Of a DNA stretch of 64,000 nucleotides, positions 48,226 to 58,239 are shown one piece after another. The number at the start of each line of letters is the position of its first letter. Within the stretch, counting starts at the first letter, position 1. The translations under genes were made by a program, and so were the position numbers. Location of the stretch: contig BTUM01000037.1 of assembly GCA_045863235.1 (NCBI GenBank), forward strand, positions 9,697 through 73,696, written 5' to 3'. The notes under the pieces were generated by a model. That model searched no databases and was not told the DNA's origin. It saw only the letters and a list, made by a program, of their open reading frames with translations. The stretch comes from Candidatus Xenobia bacterium (lineage in GTDB: Bacteria > Vulcanimicrobiota > Xenobia > Xenobiales > QWHO01).

Positions 48226-50055
48226 CTAGACCAGCAGGCGGTCGAGCTCCAGCTCGAAGACTGAGACCGGCTGGGAGAGTTTGAAGCCCTCCAGAACCTG
48301 CGGATGGATCTCGCCCATCATGCCCACCTCGTGGCGGGTCTGACCGCGGGTGGCAACCACCCGCGCTCCCCGGCCGGGAATGAAGTAAGGCTGCTCGGCC
48401 GGCTCCACCTCGAGCTTCCAGCCCAGCTCGTGCAACAGGGCCTGGCAGGTAGAGCGCATCTCTGAGTAGTCGACCCGCGGGCCTGTCGCTCCGGCGATCA
48501 CGCGGCCATGCTCGCGCGCTCCTGTGTCGGCCTCGACGCACAATCTGGAGACGCGGCCCACCTCGAAGAGGTGCTGGGGCATCTCGTGGTCGGTGTTGGC
48601 GCTGAATGTGTCCAGCAGGCCCGGCAAGAGCGAGGTGCGCACCAGGGTCTGCTCCACGCTGATGGGGTTCTCGATGACAACGTGGTCCTCGCGCCGCTCC
48701 AGGCCCAGCGCATCATACTGGGCCTCCTCGCTGCTCAAGATGAGGGTCAGGATCTCCAGGTAGCCCAGCCCCGCCAGGGCTCGCCGGCAGAGGGTGGCAC
48801 CTTTCTCGAAGGTTTGCTCCTCTCCCACCGTCAGGGTGGGCACCAGCGAGGGCACCAGGTTGTGGTAGCCGTAGGCGATGGCCACGTCCTCGATCAGGTC
48901 GATGGGATGCATGATATCGTTTCGGTAGGCCGGGACAGCCACCAGTAGCTTGCCGCCCTCTTTGGGCATGATCGAATGACCCATCCGGATCAGCAGGCGA
49001 GCGACCTCTTCCACGGCCAGCTCCACCCCGATGGTGCGGGCCGCCTCGGCCGAGTCCAGCTCGACCATCTGAGGCGAGAGGTCCGGGGTCGCCACCGAGC
49101 GATCGGGGTACAGGATGCTCACCTTCTCGAGCTGGGCGGCGCCATCGAGCTCGAGCAGGCTGGTTACCAGGATGTTGAGGGTCTTGTTGACGACCCGCTC
49201 CTCGGTGCCGGTCACGTCGATGAAGAAGTTGCGCGTCTGCACCGTGACCTTGGTGCCTTCGCTGTTGATGATGGGAGGCAGGCTGAGCACCTGGCCTTGC
49301 GAGTCGCACAAGAGCGGGTAGCGCTGGTGGTCCTTGAGAAGGTGGGCGTAGGCCCGACCCTTGGGATGCTCCTCGAGCACCTGGCGGGCGGTGATGGCCC
49401 GGTCTTGATAGCCCAGGGGCACAAACTTCTTTTCGTCGGGGCCGATGGGCCCATAGGTGAAGGCGGCCCCCTGCACCAGTCGATCCAGGTCGTAGACCCC
49501 GATGGAGGCGCGTTTGCGATCACGACCCAGAGCCCAGTGCAGGTTCTCCTGCAGCTTCATGATGACCTTGATGATGTCGTCGGACAGGGTGATGTCACGC
49601 ATCACGGCGCAAGCGATGCAGGGGCGGAAGCTTTCGGGCGAGCTCATGGCCGGATCGACGCTGACCTGGCAAGTGGGCGGACCCACCTCGTAGTTGAGGG
49701 TGCTGTCGCCCTCGCTCAGGTAGGCCCGCAGCACCCGGGCCAGGCCGCCAGGCTCGAACATATCCGGCCGCACGGCCAGGAGCTCCATGCGGATCACCTC
49801 GCTGGTGCCGGCTTCCTGGCGCGCCTCGGCGTTGGCCCGGAAATCGGCCCCGCAGCGATCGCACTCCACCGGGGGGTTCTCGGTCTCGGTGATCTCCATC
49901 AGGTTGCCGCACCGCTCGCAGCGAAAGCGGCGCAGGGTGGCGTAACCCTCCACATCGCAGCCCAGGTGCTGCAGGTGCTCCACCAGCTCGTCGCGGCTGA
50001 GCTGGGTGGAGATGCGCTCGAGCAGCATCTCCACCGGAATCCCGATTACCGGCAT
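48226..50055 (-). CDS. pheT: Phenylalanine--tRNA ligase beta, archaeal/eukaryal type
   Basis: RPDM, QENLH..LGRDRKRASIGVYD, LSLPPIINS, VPAYRNDIMHPIDLIED; no OB or anticodon domains. Confidence 0.93.
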   Translation of the reverse strand: MPVIGIPVEMLLERISTQLSRDELVEHLQHLGCDVEGYATLRRFRCERCGNLMEITETENPPVECDRCGADFRANAEARQEAGTSEVIRMELLAVRPDMFEPGGLARVLRAYLSEGDSTLNYEVGPPTCQVSVDPAMSSPESFRPCIACAVMRDITLSDDIIKVIMKLQENLHWALGRDRKRASIGVYDLDRLVQGAAFTYGPIGPDEKKFVPLGYQDRAITARQVLEEHPKGRAYAHLLKDHQRYPLLCDSQGQVLSLPPIINSEGTKVTVQTRNFFIDVTGTEERVVNKTLNILVTSLLELDGAAQLEKVSILYPDRSVATPDLSPQMVELDSAEAARTIGVELAVEEVARLLIRMGHSIMPKEGGKLLVAVPAYRNDIMHPIDLIEDVAIAYGYHNLVPSLVPTLTVGEEQTFEKGATLCRRALAGLGYLEILTLILSSEEAQYDALGLERREDHVVIENPISVEQTLVRTSLLPGLLDTFSANTDHEMPQHLFEVGRVSRLCVEADTGAREHGRVIAGATGPRVDYSEMRSTCQALLHELGWKLEVEPAEQPYFIPGRGARVVATRGQTRHEVGMMGEIHPQVLEGFKLSQPVSVFELELDRLLV

Positions 50056-51575
50056 AGCGGTTCCTCCTTGAGCCAGGCCAGGCGGGCGCGGTACAGCTCA
50101 CCGATGCTGCCCACCTCGTAGCGGAACATGGCCAGCCGCTCGAGCCCCAGGCCCCAGGCCAGCACGGGCGCTGTGCAACCGAGCGGGCGGGTCACCTCGG
50201 GGCGGAACATGCCGGCTCCCCCCATCTCGACCCAGTCCGACTTGCGCTCGCTCCAGACGAACACCTCCACACTGGGCTCGGTGTAGGGGAAGAAGGCCGG
50301 GCGGAACTGGAAGCGCTCGAAACCCATCTTCTGGTAGAAGGCCTGCAGCGTGCCCAACAGGTTCGAGAAGGAGGCCTTCTCGTCGATGATGATGCCGTCC
50401 ACCTGGTGGAAAACCGGCAGGTGCTTATAGTCCACCGTTTCGCGGCGGAACACCGGGCCCACGCAAAACACCTTGCGAGGCGAGGTGGGATTCTGGGCCA
50501 GGGCCCGGATGGTGCTGGCAGTGGTGTGGGTGCGCAAGACGGCCTTTTGAGCCAGGTCCTTGCTCCACACGTAGCGCCAACCGACCGAGCCGGTGTCGCC
50601 GCCGTCCTCGTGGGTCTTTCTCACCCGCTCCACCATCTCGGCGTCGGGCAGGTGGCAACTGCCCGGGCGAGCCACGTAGAAGGTGTCCTGCATATCGCGG
50701 GCGGGATGGTCCTGCGGCTGGAACAGGGCGTCGAAATCCCAGAAGCCAGACTCGACGTAGGAGCTGACCGTCTCACTGAAGCCCATCTCGAGAAAGACGC
50801 GGCGGGTCTGCTCGAAGACCCGCACCAGCGGGTGGGCCTTGCCGGGGCTGACCCGGGCTGCCTCCAGGCGCACGTCATAGGGGCGCAGCTCCACCGAACG
50901 CCATTCTCCCGTGCGCAGCATCTCGGGGGTCAGCTGGTTGACCTGCTTTCTGGCTTCGATCCCCTCCTCCACCAGCTTGCGACCGGCCGCCGTCAACTGG
51001 GCATAGCGGATCTTGCGTGGCTTCTCCTCCACGATGCCGGTGCGCCCCTCCAGCAAGGCCAGGGCGGCGGGCACATCCACCTCCTTCTTGGCCAGCTCGC
51101 GGTCGGAGGCTGCTTCGAGGTCGAACAGGGCCATCACCAGGATCTCATCCGGCCCCGGCTTGTCGCCGTTCTTAGGAGCCTTGGAGGCCAGCTTGAGCTG
51201 CTTACCGTCCTGCTCGGCCCAGCCTTTCTGCTTGAGCCAGCGCAGGGACTGGCCGACCTCGGTCTTGTCCAGACCGCTCAGCTCGGCGAGCTCGGGCAGC
51301 TCAGCCGGCTCACCTTTGGCGATCAGGGCCTGCAGGATGTGGCGCTCGGGCAACAAGCCCTCCCTGAGAGCTTTGCCCTTCTTGCCAAGCTTGAGGTCGA
51401 GGTAGACCTCCTCGGTCACCTCGATGAGGCCCTCCTCTGAGCGCTTGAGGCAGGTGGCCGTCACCTGGCTCTGGTCCAGGCCCAGCTCGGCGGCCAGGTC
51501 GAGCACCGACACGGGCTTGCTCCTGGCGGCCAGGCCGGTCAGCACGTGGTAGTCGACTTCCGGTAGGCTATGCAT
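50046..51575 (-). CDS. pheS: Phenylalanine--tRNA ligase alpha, archaeal/eukaryal type
   Basis: Long N-terminal wHTH region, FDALFQPQDHPARDMQDTF, LRTHTT, FPYTEPS, AWGLGLER. Confidence 0.95.
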   Translation of the reverse strand: MHSLPEVDYHVLTGLAARSKPVSVLDLAAELGLDQSQVTATCLKRSEEGLIEVTEEVYLDLKLGKKGKALREGLLPERHILQALIAKGEPAELPELAELSGLDKTEVGQSLRWLKQKGWAEQDGKQLKLASKAPKNGDKPGPDEILVMALFDLEAASDRELAKKEVDVPAALALLEGRTGIVEEKPRKIRYAQLTAAGRKLVEEGIEARKQVNQLTPEMLRTGEWRSVELRPYDVRLEAARVSPGKAHPLVRVFEQTRRVFLEMGFSETVSSYVESGFWDFDALFQPQDHPARDMQDTFYVARPGSCHLPDAEMVERVRKTHEDGGDTGSVGWRYVWSKDLAQKAVLRTHTTASTIRALAQNPTSPRKVFCVGPVFRRETVDYKHLPVFHQVDGIIIDEKASFSNLLGTLQAFYQKMGFERFQFRPAFFPYTEPSVEVFVWSERKSDWVEMGGAGMFRPEVTRPLGCTAPVLAWGLGLERLAMFRYEVGSIGELYRARLAWLKEEPLCR

Positions 51576-51609
51576 GGCACGAATGCTTCGCGAGGGAACG
51601 GCTTTTCCT

Positions 51610-53355
51610 TCAAGATTGCAGGCGTTGAGTCAGCTCCGTTTTCCGCTGGGGGCTCTCCATCTCGAGGTAGGCCAGAAAGGCTTTGCGAACGGCTGGAGCG
51701 TAGCACCACCGCCCCTCGCGCGAGGAGGCGAAGGTCAGCTTGAGCAACCGCTCGAAAGCGCGGCGCGGTTCGGGGTGGTCGGGGTGGAGCTTGTGCACCA
51801 GATCCAGGTTGAACTCCTCGGGCAGGGCCATGTCCAGAACCAGGTCCCGGTAGGAGGGCTCCACCTCTTCCAGCAGCCGCTCCACCAGGGTTCGCACCGC
51901 CAGTTCGCGATCGGGCGAGCCGGCCACCAGCGACAGGAAGAGAGGCGAGCCCCCGGTCAGCTCGAGCAACTCGGGGTTCGGCTCGCTGCCCAGCAGCTCG
52001 AGGTAACGGGCCGTCTCCTGGGGGTCAAAGGGGTCCAGGCGGATGCGCTCCACCGCCCCCTGGAACTCGGACCAGCGAGAGTTGATGCGCAGCAGGTCGT
52101 GGCGACTGGCCAGCACCACCAGGGGTTGCAGGGCCACGAAGGCGGGGTCGGCCAGAAGCACCGTGCGAAGCCAGGTGTCGGCCAGTAAGGCCAGCAGCTC
52201 GTAGGTGTCCAGCACCAGCACCGGGCGCCTCCAGAGATAGTAGTCCTTGCGTTGCCGCTGGACGAAGGCGGACAGGTCCTCGACCAGGGCGGCCGTCAGG
52301 CGGCGCACCCAGGAGTTGGTCGCCAGCGCGTCGGCTTCGGCCTGCAACTCTTCCGAGACGGCCTCGGCCGCCTGCCAGCCGGCATCGGCCAGGGTCAGCA
52401 GGGGATTCTTGCCGCTGCCGATCTCCATCGCTTTGCGCACGTAATGCTTGACGCCGCCCGATTCGCTCTCGGTCTGGCGGTTACGGCGCGTGTAGATGCG
52501 GTCGAACTTGGAGGTCTTGCAGCCCTGCTTCTGCAGCCCCAGGGCCAGGCTTTGCAGCAGGCTGACCAACCCCTGCTCCAGGCTCTGGTCGCACCCTTCG
52601 CAACTCTGGTGGTCCACCACGGCCAGCGACACCCGACCCTCCAGGCGGTGCTGTAGATGGCGCAGGAAGTAGCTCTTTCCAGCCCCGCCCAGGCCAGTGA
52701 CGGAGACGATCCAGGGGGCTTCTCGGGGCGGGTTGGGGGTCAGCGCCAGCTCGATCAGGCGGCTCGTCTGGGCTTCTCTGCCCACGTAGAGGCGCGGGCC
52801 GGGGGCAGCGGGCTTGCGGCGGGGAGCCAGCTCGAGGTGCTCAAAGCGGAACCCCAGAATGTCGGCCAACCACATGGAGACGTAGTCGGAAGCGGCCCCG
52901 CGTGGCCCGAGCTGGACACCGTCGTTCCAGACGAACAGGCTGACGTCGGATTCGAGCTCGCAGCGCTCGGCAGGCCACTCCAGGGCCACGTGAATGGCCT
53001 CGCGATCCAGCGCGCCCTCGGCCCGGGGCAGAAAGACGAAGCGATAGGTCTGCCCGAGCATGCCGGGCTCGCTCAGGCGCACCTCGCGCCGGGCGGCATC
53101 CGCGTCGACCAGCTCGATGGTGCCCCGTTGCACCTGAGTCTCGCCCTTCTGACGGCGCTCCAGAAAGCCAGCCAGATCACCCGCTAGCTCGGATGGAGTG
53201 CGCCGAGGAATTTCGCGGCCGCCGGCCCTGGAGACAAAGTTGAGAATGGCCCGCTGGCCGGTGGTAGCGGCGGTATGAGTGGCCGTGGTGAGGATTTTGC
53301 CAGCTACCTGGAAGAGCCTGCCCGTGATCGATTCGGGCTTCTTCTTGTCGGCCAT
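51610..53355 (-). CDS. STAND/AAA-type P-loop NTPase with unknown N-terminal domain
   Basis: YVGRE, GLGGAGKS, LVLDTYE, LASR, TGGSPL; TGCTAAAGT 8 nt before ATG. Confidence 0.8.
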   Translation of the reverse strand: MADKKKPESITGRLFQVAGKILTTATHTAATTGQRAILNFVSRAGGREIPRRTPSELAGDLAGFLERRQKGETQVQRGTIELVDADAARREVRLSEPGMLGQTYRFVFLPRAEGALDREAIHVALEWPAERCELESDVSLFVWNDGVQLGPRGAASDYVSMWLADILGFRFEHLELAPRRKPAAPGPRLYVGREAQTSRLIELALTPNPPREAPWIVSVTGLGGAGKSYFLRHLQHRLEGRVSLAVVDHQSCEGCDQSLEQGLVSLLQSLALGLQKQGCKTSKFDRIYTRRNRQTESESGGVKHYVRKAMEIGSGKNPLLTLADAGWQAAEAVSEELQAEADALATNSWVRRLTAALVEDLSAFVQRQRKDYYLWRRPVLVLDTYELLALLADTWLRTVLLADPAFVALQPLVVLASRHDLLRINSRWSEFQGAVERIRLDPFDPQETARYLELLGSEPNPELLELTGGSPLFLSLVAGSPDRELAVRTLVERLLEEVEPSYRDLVLDMALPEEFNLDLVHKLHPDHPEPRRAFERLLKLTFASSREGRWCYAPAVRKAFLAYLEMESPQRKTELTQRLQS

Positions 53356-53464
53356 GGCCCGGGACTTTAGCACAGTGATGCAAAAGTCCTCGGAGTGTCG
53401 ATCCCTCATCGACAAGAAACCGGGCGTTCGGCCGCAACCCCGGACTGTGCGAGTGGACCTGACT

Positions 53465-53881
53465 TCAGCCGAGCACCCAGGGCAGGTCGAACTGACGACC
53501 CACGCGGTTCTCGCAGAAGGCCCAGAAGGGACGCCCTTCGTCTCTCCACATCTCGGCGACATCGCGCAGAACATCCAGGAAGCGCTCGAGGACATCCGTT
53601 TCCAGGTCGTCGGTCTCGTTGATCCAGACGGCGTAGCCATCGGCCTCGTCGAGGTCGAAGAGGCAGTCGCGCAGAGCATCCCAGTTGCGACCGAAATGCT
53701 CGGGGAACTTGAAGGTCTTGTAGCAGGTCTTGAGCAGCTCCTTGCGGGTCGCAGCTCCATCCAGGCGCAGGTCGAACACTTTGAAACCCGCTGATTCACA
53801 GGCTTCCAGTAAGGAGATCGGATCGCCGTTGACGGCACAAACTCCGGCTTGGTCCGGTTTGAGCAACTGTTCAGTGGTCAT
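53465..53881 (-). CDS. Barstar family protein
   Basis: FKFPEHFGRNWDALRDCL.DL. Confidence 0.88.
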   Translation of the reverse strand: MTTEQLLKPDQAGVCAVNGDPISLLEACESAGFKVFDLRLDGAATRKELLKTCYKTFKFPEHFGRNWDALRDCLFDLDEADGYAVWINETDDLETDVLERFLDVLRDVAEMWRDEGRPFWAFCENRVGRQFDLPWVLG

Positions 53882-53882
53882 T

Positions 53883-55238
53883 TCAGGGAGTCTTGGGTGC
53901 CTCCGGGAGGGGTTTTCGGCCCAGGGCCTGGTCGACCAGGGCATACCTGTATGTCTTCCCCCGCTTGAGCTTGAGCATGAAGCGCGAGCGCTTGTCCAAT
54001 TCCGGCAAGAGCCGCTTGAAATCCTCCACCGACCGGATGGGTGTCTGATCCACCCCCACGATCACGTCGCCCACCTCGATGCCGCCGTCATCCCCCGGGC
54101 TGCCTCGGGTAACGTAGGAGACCAGCGCCCCCAGGCGGTCGTTGAGGCGGTACTCCAGCATGTGCGAGGTGGTGATGGCCTGCACGCTGATGCCGAAATC
54201 GGTGTAGGTCTCCTCGGAGTCTACCGCTGGCTGGGTGCCGATGGTGGCGGTCAGAACCTGGCGTTTCCCGTCGCGGTAGATCTCAATGGGAACACTGGTA
54301 CCCGGCTTGAGCTTGGTGACCTCCTGGGTGAAGCGGTTGATCTCCTCATCCTGCTCGGCTTCCACCGGCTCGCCCGCAAAACGCAGCAGCACGTCGCCTG
54401 ACTTGAGGCCGGCCCGCTCGGCGGGAGAATCGGGCATGACGTCGGCCACCAGAATGCCACGAGTGCCGTTGAGCTTCATGTACTCGGCCATCTCCCGGCT
54501 GAAGGGCTGCATGAAAAGGCCCAGCCAGCCGCGCTCGATGCGCCCCTCCACCTCGCTGCGGGTGATGACCTCGCGGACGACCTTGGCCGGAATGGTGAAG
54601 CCTTGTCCGCGTCCAATGCCAACCGAGTTGATGCCGATCACCTCGCCGCGCAAGTTGAGCAGAGGGCCGCCCGAGTTGCCCGGGTCGATCAGGGCGTCGG
54701 TCTGGATGAAGTCGTTGAGGAGCGGCACCTCGCTGTCCAGGTCGGGGATGAAACGCCCCTTGCCGCTGACGATCCCGAACGAGACGGTGCGGTCAAAGCC
54801 GTAGGGGTTGCCGATGGCCAGCACCCATTCGCCGACCTGCACCCGGTCCGAGTCGCCCAGTTTGGCGAAGGGTAGCTGACGTCCGGCCTGAATCTGCAGC
54901 AGAGCGAGGTCGGTCTGCTGGTCCTTGCGCAGCACCCGGGCCTCGAACTTGCTCTTATCATCGAGGATCACGGTGATGACGGCAGCCCGGTCGATGACGT
55001 GGTAGTTGGTAATGATCTGTCCGTCCGCACTCAGGATCAGGCCCGAGCCCAGTCCTTTGCGACGTTGCTCGCCTCGCTTGGCCAGCACTTCGATATGCAC
55101 CACTGCAGGCTTGATTTGATCGGAGACACGAATGATCAGCTTTTGCAGCTCATCGAACATCTCCAGACTGTGAGGCTCGGTCGATTGGGCCGCGGCCGGC
55201 AGCCAGAGACAGAGCAAGAAAACCAGCACGATGCGCAT
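53883..55238 (-). CDS. HtrA/DegP-family serine protease with two PDZ domains
   Basis: Signal peptide, GSG, TNYHV, DLAL, PGNSGGPL, two PDZ domains. Confidence 0.93.
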   Translation of the reverse strand: MRIVLVFLLCLWLPAAAQSTEPHSLEMFDELQKLIIRVSDQIKPAVVHIEVLAKRGEQRRKGLGSGLILSADGQIITNYHVIDRAAVITVILDDKSKFEARVLRKDQQTDLALLQIQAGRQLPFAKLGDSDRVQVGEWVLAIGNPYGFDRTVSFGIVSGKGRFIPDLDSEVPLLNDFIQTDALIDPGNSGGPLLNLRGEVIGINSVGIGRGQGFTIPAKVVREVITRSEVEGRIERGWLGLFMQPFSREMAEYMKLNGTRGILVADVMPDSPAERAGLKSGDVLLRFAGEPVEAEQDEEINRFTQEVTKLKPGTSVPIEIYRDGKRQVLTATIGTQPAVDSEETYTDFGISVQAITTSHMLEYRLNDRLGALVSYVTRGSPGDDGGIEVGDVIVGVDQTPIRSVEDFKRLLPELDKRSRFMLKLKRGKTYRYALVDQALGRKPLPEAPKTP

Positions 55239-55320
55239 GGCCGCCACGGTTCGACCCCGCCATTCCGGTTCCCCTGTCAAAGTGCAGGTTCTGAAGACCA
55301 TTCCCCGAACTGTAACGGTC

Positions 55321-56916
55321 ATGCTGGCTACCGGGGTGATTTTGGCCAAGCGTTACAGCATCGAGTCGGTGCTGGGCAAGGGCGGCATGGGGGCGGTCTA
55401 CCTGGCCCGCATGGAAGCGCTGGGCGGCAAGCGCGTGGCCATCAAGGAGATGACCCTGTCGGTGCCCGACGGCATGAAGGACAAGGCTTTGGCCCAGTTC
55501 CAGACCGAAGCTCGTCTGCTGGCCAATCTCGATCACCCTAACCTGGTCCAGGTGACCGACTTCTTTGAAGAGGGCGGGCACCACTACCTGGTGATGGCCT
55601 ACGTCGATGGTGAAACGCTCTCGGACCGCCTCAAGCAGAGCGAGGGGCCACTGCGCGTGCCCGAGGTGCTCGAGTGGGCTCGCCAGCTTTGCTCGGTGCT
55701 CGACTACCTGCACAACCAGAACCCGCCCATCATCTTCCGCGATCTGAAGCCCTCCAACATCATGCTCGATGCTGGAAACCGGATCAAACTCATCGATTTC
55801 GGCATCGCCCGCAGCTTCAATCCCGAATCGGTCACCTGCACCTTCATCCAGGGAATGGGCACCCAGGGATACTCCCCGCTCGAGCAGTACGGGGGTGCCG
55901 GCTCGACCGACCCGCGCTCGGATCAGTACGCGCTCGGCGCGACGCTGTATCACTTGCTGACCGGCGAGGTCCCCACCAGTCCGGTGGAGATCCTCTCGAT
56001 GGACAAGAAATTGCCCAGCCCTCGCACGCTCAATCCGAACATTCCTCTCGCGCTGGACAAGATTTTGATGCGTAGCCTGGGCGTGCGCAAGGAAGAGCGC
56101 TATCCCACCGTGGCCGACATGGCCAGAGCCCTGGCTCGGCTTGACGAAAGCGACGAAGAGGAGACCGCCAATCTCGGCACCGGCCGACTGGTGGCGCCTG
56201 TCCGAACTGTCGACCTGGAACCCACCGCTCCTCTCTCCTCGGCGCCCGCTCCGGCTTCGGTGAGCGCCCAGACCGAGGTGATGAGCGCTCCCAGTTCGGG
56301 AGTGCAGCCATTCTGGATGGCCACCGCGGTGGGGCTGCTTCTGATCGCCTCGATGGCGGTGTGGCGCATCACCACCCCCTCGGCTACGGCTTCCACGCCC
56401 ACCCCGACGGCGACGGCTGCCGTGCTTCCCACGGCTACGGCAACCCCCACGAAGGCCCCGGCGTCCACCAAGTCGCCGGCCTCCACGCCGACCCCCCGGC
56501 CGGCCTCCAGACCCACGCTCAGACCAGCGGCGGTTCAGCCCAAGCCCAAGCCCAAACCCGCCCCGGTCAAGCCAAAGCCCGAGCCGCAGATCATCGAAGT
56601 TACGAACAACAACTACCCGCGACGACCCACCAGGAAACCGAAAGCTGAGCCCACGCCGGAAACCATCATCGTGCCGGTGCCGGTGCCGACGGTCACCATG
56701 ACCGTCACGCCCACACCCCAACCGATGGCCACCTCCGCGCCCCCTCCCGGAATGCCGGAGGGGCCCGTCAACGGTGACTGGGGGCCTCGCCCGGCCCACA
56801 TCCCCCCCGATGCCCCCTGGCCGCCGCCCTACCCGGGCTGGAAGCCGGGCGATCCGATGACACCACCCGGTTCAGGCCAGGGCGGTGACTCGGGAGGACG
56901 TCCGCCGGGGTACTAG
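55321..56916 (+). CDS. Membrane Ser/Thr kinase with Pro/Thr-rich extracytoplasmic tail
   Basis: GKGGMGAVY, FRDLKPSN, DFG, one TM. Confidence 0.92.
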   Translation: MLATGVILAKRYSIESVLGKGGMGAVYLARMEALGGKRVAIKEMTLSVPDGMKDKALAQFQTEARLLANLDHPNLVQVTDFFEEGGHHYLVMAYVDGETLSDRLKQSEGPLRVPEVLEWARQLCSVLDYLHNQNPPIIFRDLKPSNIMLDAGNRIKLIDFGIARSFNPESVTCTFIQGMGTQGYSPLEQYGGAGSTDPRSDQYALGATLYHLLTGEVPTSPVEILSMDKKLPSPRTLNPNIPLALDKILMRSLGVRKEERYPTVADMARALARLDESDEEETANLGTGRLVAPVRTVDLEPTAPLSSAPAPASVSAQTEVMSAPSSGVQPFWMATAVGLLLIASMAVWRITTPSATASTPTPTATAAVLPTATATPTKAPASTKSPASTPTPRPASRPTLRPAAVQPKPKPKPAPVKPKPEPQIIEVTNNNYPRRPTRKPKAEPTPETIIVPVPVPTVTMTVTPTPQPMATSAPPPGMPEGPVNGDWGPRPAHIPPDAPWPPPYPGWKPGDPMTPPGSGQGGDSGGRPPGY

Positions 56917-56971
56917 GAGGAGCGCAGCCGGAACCCCCTTGCTTCTAGCAGGCTGATGCAGCCCCTGAGCC

Positions 56972-57955
56972 TCAGTCGCGCTTGTGAGCTTTGTGGATCA
57001 TCACCATGATGTCCTGGGCGGCCGAGCAGTAGGGCATCACGCGTCGCTCGGTCAATTGGGCGATCTCTTCTTGCAGGGCGGTGTCGGTGGGATCCATGAA
57101 GGCCACCTGGATGCGCTCCTTGTCCTCTGCGAAAGGCACGGCCTGATGCTTCAGGGCCCACTCTTTGTCGAGCCGGCGGGCCGCCTTCTTGTCGAGATCC
57201 ACGGCCTCGACGTCGACGTACTCGGCCCCCAGGTAGCGCGCCAGGGCGCTGGCCGCGGCCTTGCGCGGGAAGACGTAGTCGGTGAGCACCGCCTGGAGCA
57301 CGTCTTCAGACTCCTTGACGCGCTCGAGCTGGGCTGCAGTGAGCAACTGGTCTTCCAGCAAAATCTCGGTGAAAGGCTTTTCGCGCGGGCTGCGGCGCAG
57401 GAGATCGAGCATGTCGATCACGTTCTTGCGGCTCAGCGAGGTGGCTGGCTTGAGCCGATTGACCAGGCGGATGTTCTCTTTGCGGCGCGCATGGATCTCT
57501 TCGTCGTTGAGGACGCCTTCCTCGAAGAAGTTGACGACCATGCGGTCGCCAAAGTCGGATAGCGAACGGAAGTTCTCGATCCGCCACCGCTTGCCGCCCG
57601 AAGGGAAAGCACCGTCACGGCAGGTGTCCAGGCTGGCCAACAGCTCCTGGTGACCGGCCAGGGGCTGGCGGGCCAACTCGGCGATGCGCTCGTCGAAAAA
57701 GGCAAAGATACGCGTTTCCTCGTCCTCGGGGTCGACCAGCAACCCCCGAGCCCCGTTGGCGATGGCCTCATCCAGCTTGTCAGCGGCCTCGGCACCGATG
57801 CGCCCCTTGAAGTCGACCTCGCGTGAGACCAGCTTCTCCTTCGGGTCAATCATCTCCGAGGGGATGGGCGGGGGCATCTGGGCCGCCAGCCGGGTGCGGG
57901 TAGAAGGAACTTTAGTCTTCTCGTCCTTGGCTTTGCCTTTGAACAGTGAACCCAT
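56972..57955 (-). CDS. Protein with C-terminal GspE/PilB N-terminal (MshEN/T2SSE_N-like) domain, no ATPase
   Basis: EILLEDQLLTAAQL, LARYLGAEYVD, AVPF...IQVAFMDPTD. Confidence 0.72.
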   Translation of the reverse strand: MGSLFKGKAKDEKTKVPSTRTRLAAQMPPPIPSEMIDPKEKLVSREVDFKGRIGAEAADKLDEAIANGARGLLVDPEDEETRIFAFFDERIAELARQPLAGHQELLASLDTCRDGAFPSGGKRWRIENFRSLSDFGDRMVVNFFEEGVLNDEEIHARRKENIRLVNRLKPATSLSRKNVIDMLDLLRRSPREKPFTEILLEDQLLTAAQLERVKESEDVLQAVLTDYVFPRKAAASALARYLGAEYVDVEAVDLDKKAARRLDKEWALKHQAVPFAEDKERIQVAFMDPTDTALQEEIAQLTERRVMPYCSAAQDIMVMIHKAHKRD

Positions 57956-57969
57956 GCGGGCAGTTCCCC

Positions 57970-58236
57970 TCAGTCGAGGCTCATTACCGGGCGCTGGACG
58001 AGCAACGAAATGACCTCCCGCGCTGGAAGGGCCTTCACGACTTTGGAGATCTTTCCCTCCAGGCCCAGTTCCTGGACTTCCTCGGCCAGACAGTAGACTT
58101 CGCGGCCTTCCAACACCGTGGACTCCACCAGCAACCCGCGGGCCAGCAGCACCAGACCTGCCTCCTTATCGGCTGCCAGCAGGTCCAGGATGTCCTTGCG
58201 GGGATAGTCGCTCAGCACGTAAAGCGAAGAAGACAT
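57970..58236 (-). CDS. DsrH/TusB-like protein
   Basis: 88 aa; VLLARGL, VYCLAEEVQELGL; position in operon. Confidence 0.65.
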   Translation of the reverse strand: MSSSLYVLSDYPRKDILDLLAADKEAGLVLLARGLLVESTVLEGREVYCLAEEVQELGLEGKISKVVKALPAREVISLLVQRPVMSLD

Positions 58237-58239
58237 GGG

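Noticed and set aside
53356..53838. N-terminal extension of the STAND ORF over barstar
   Set aside because: Alternate frame of the barstar gene; a -10 element supports ATG 53355
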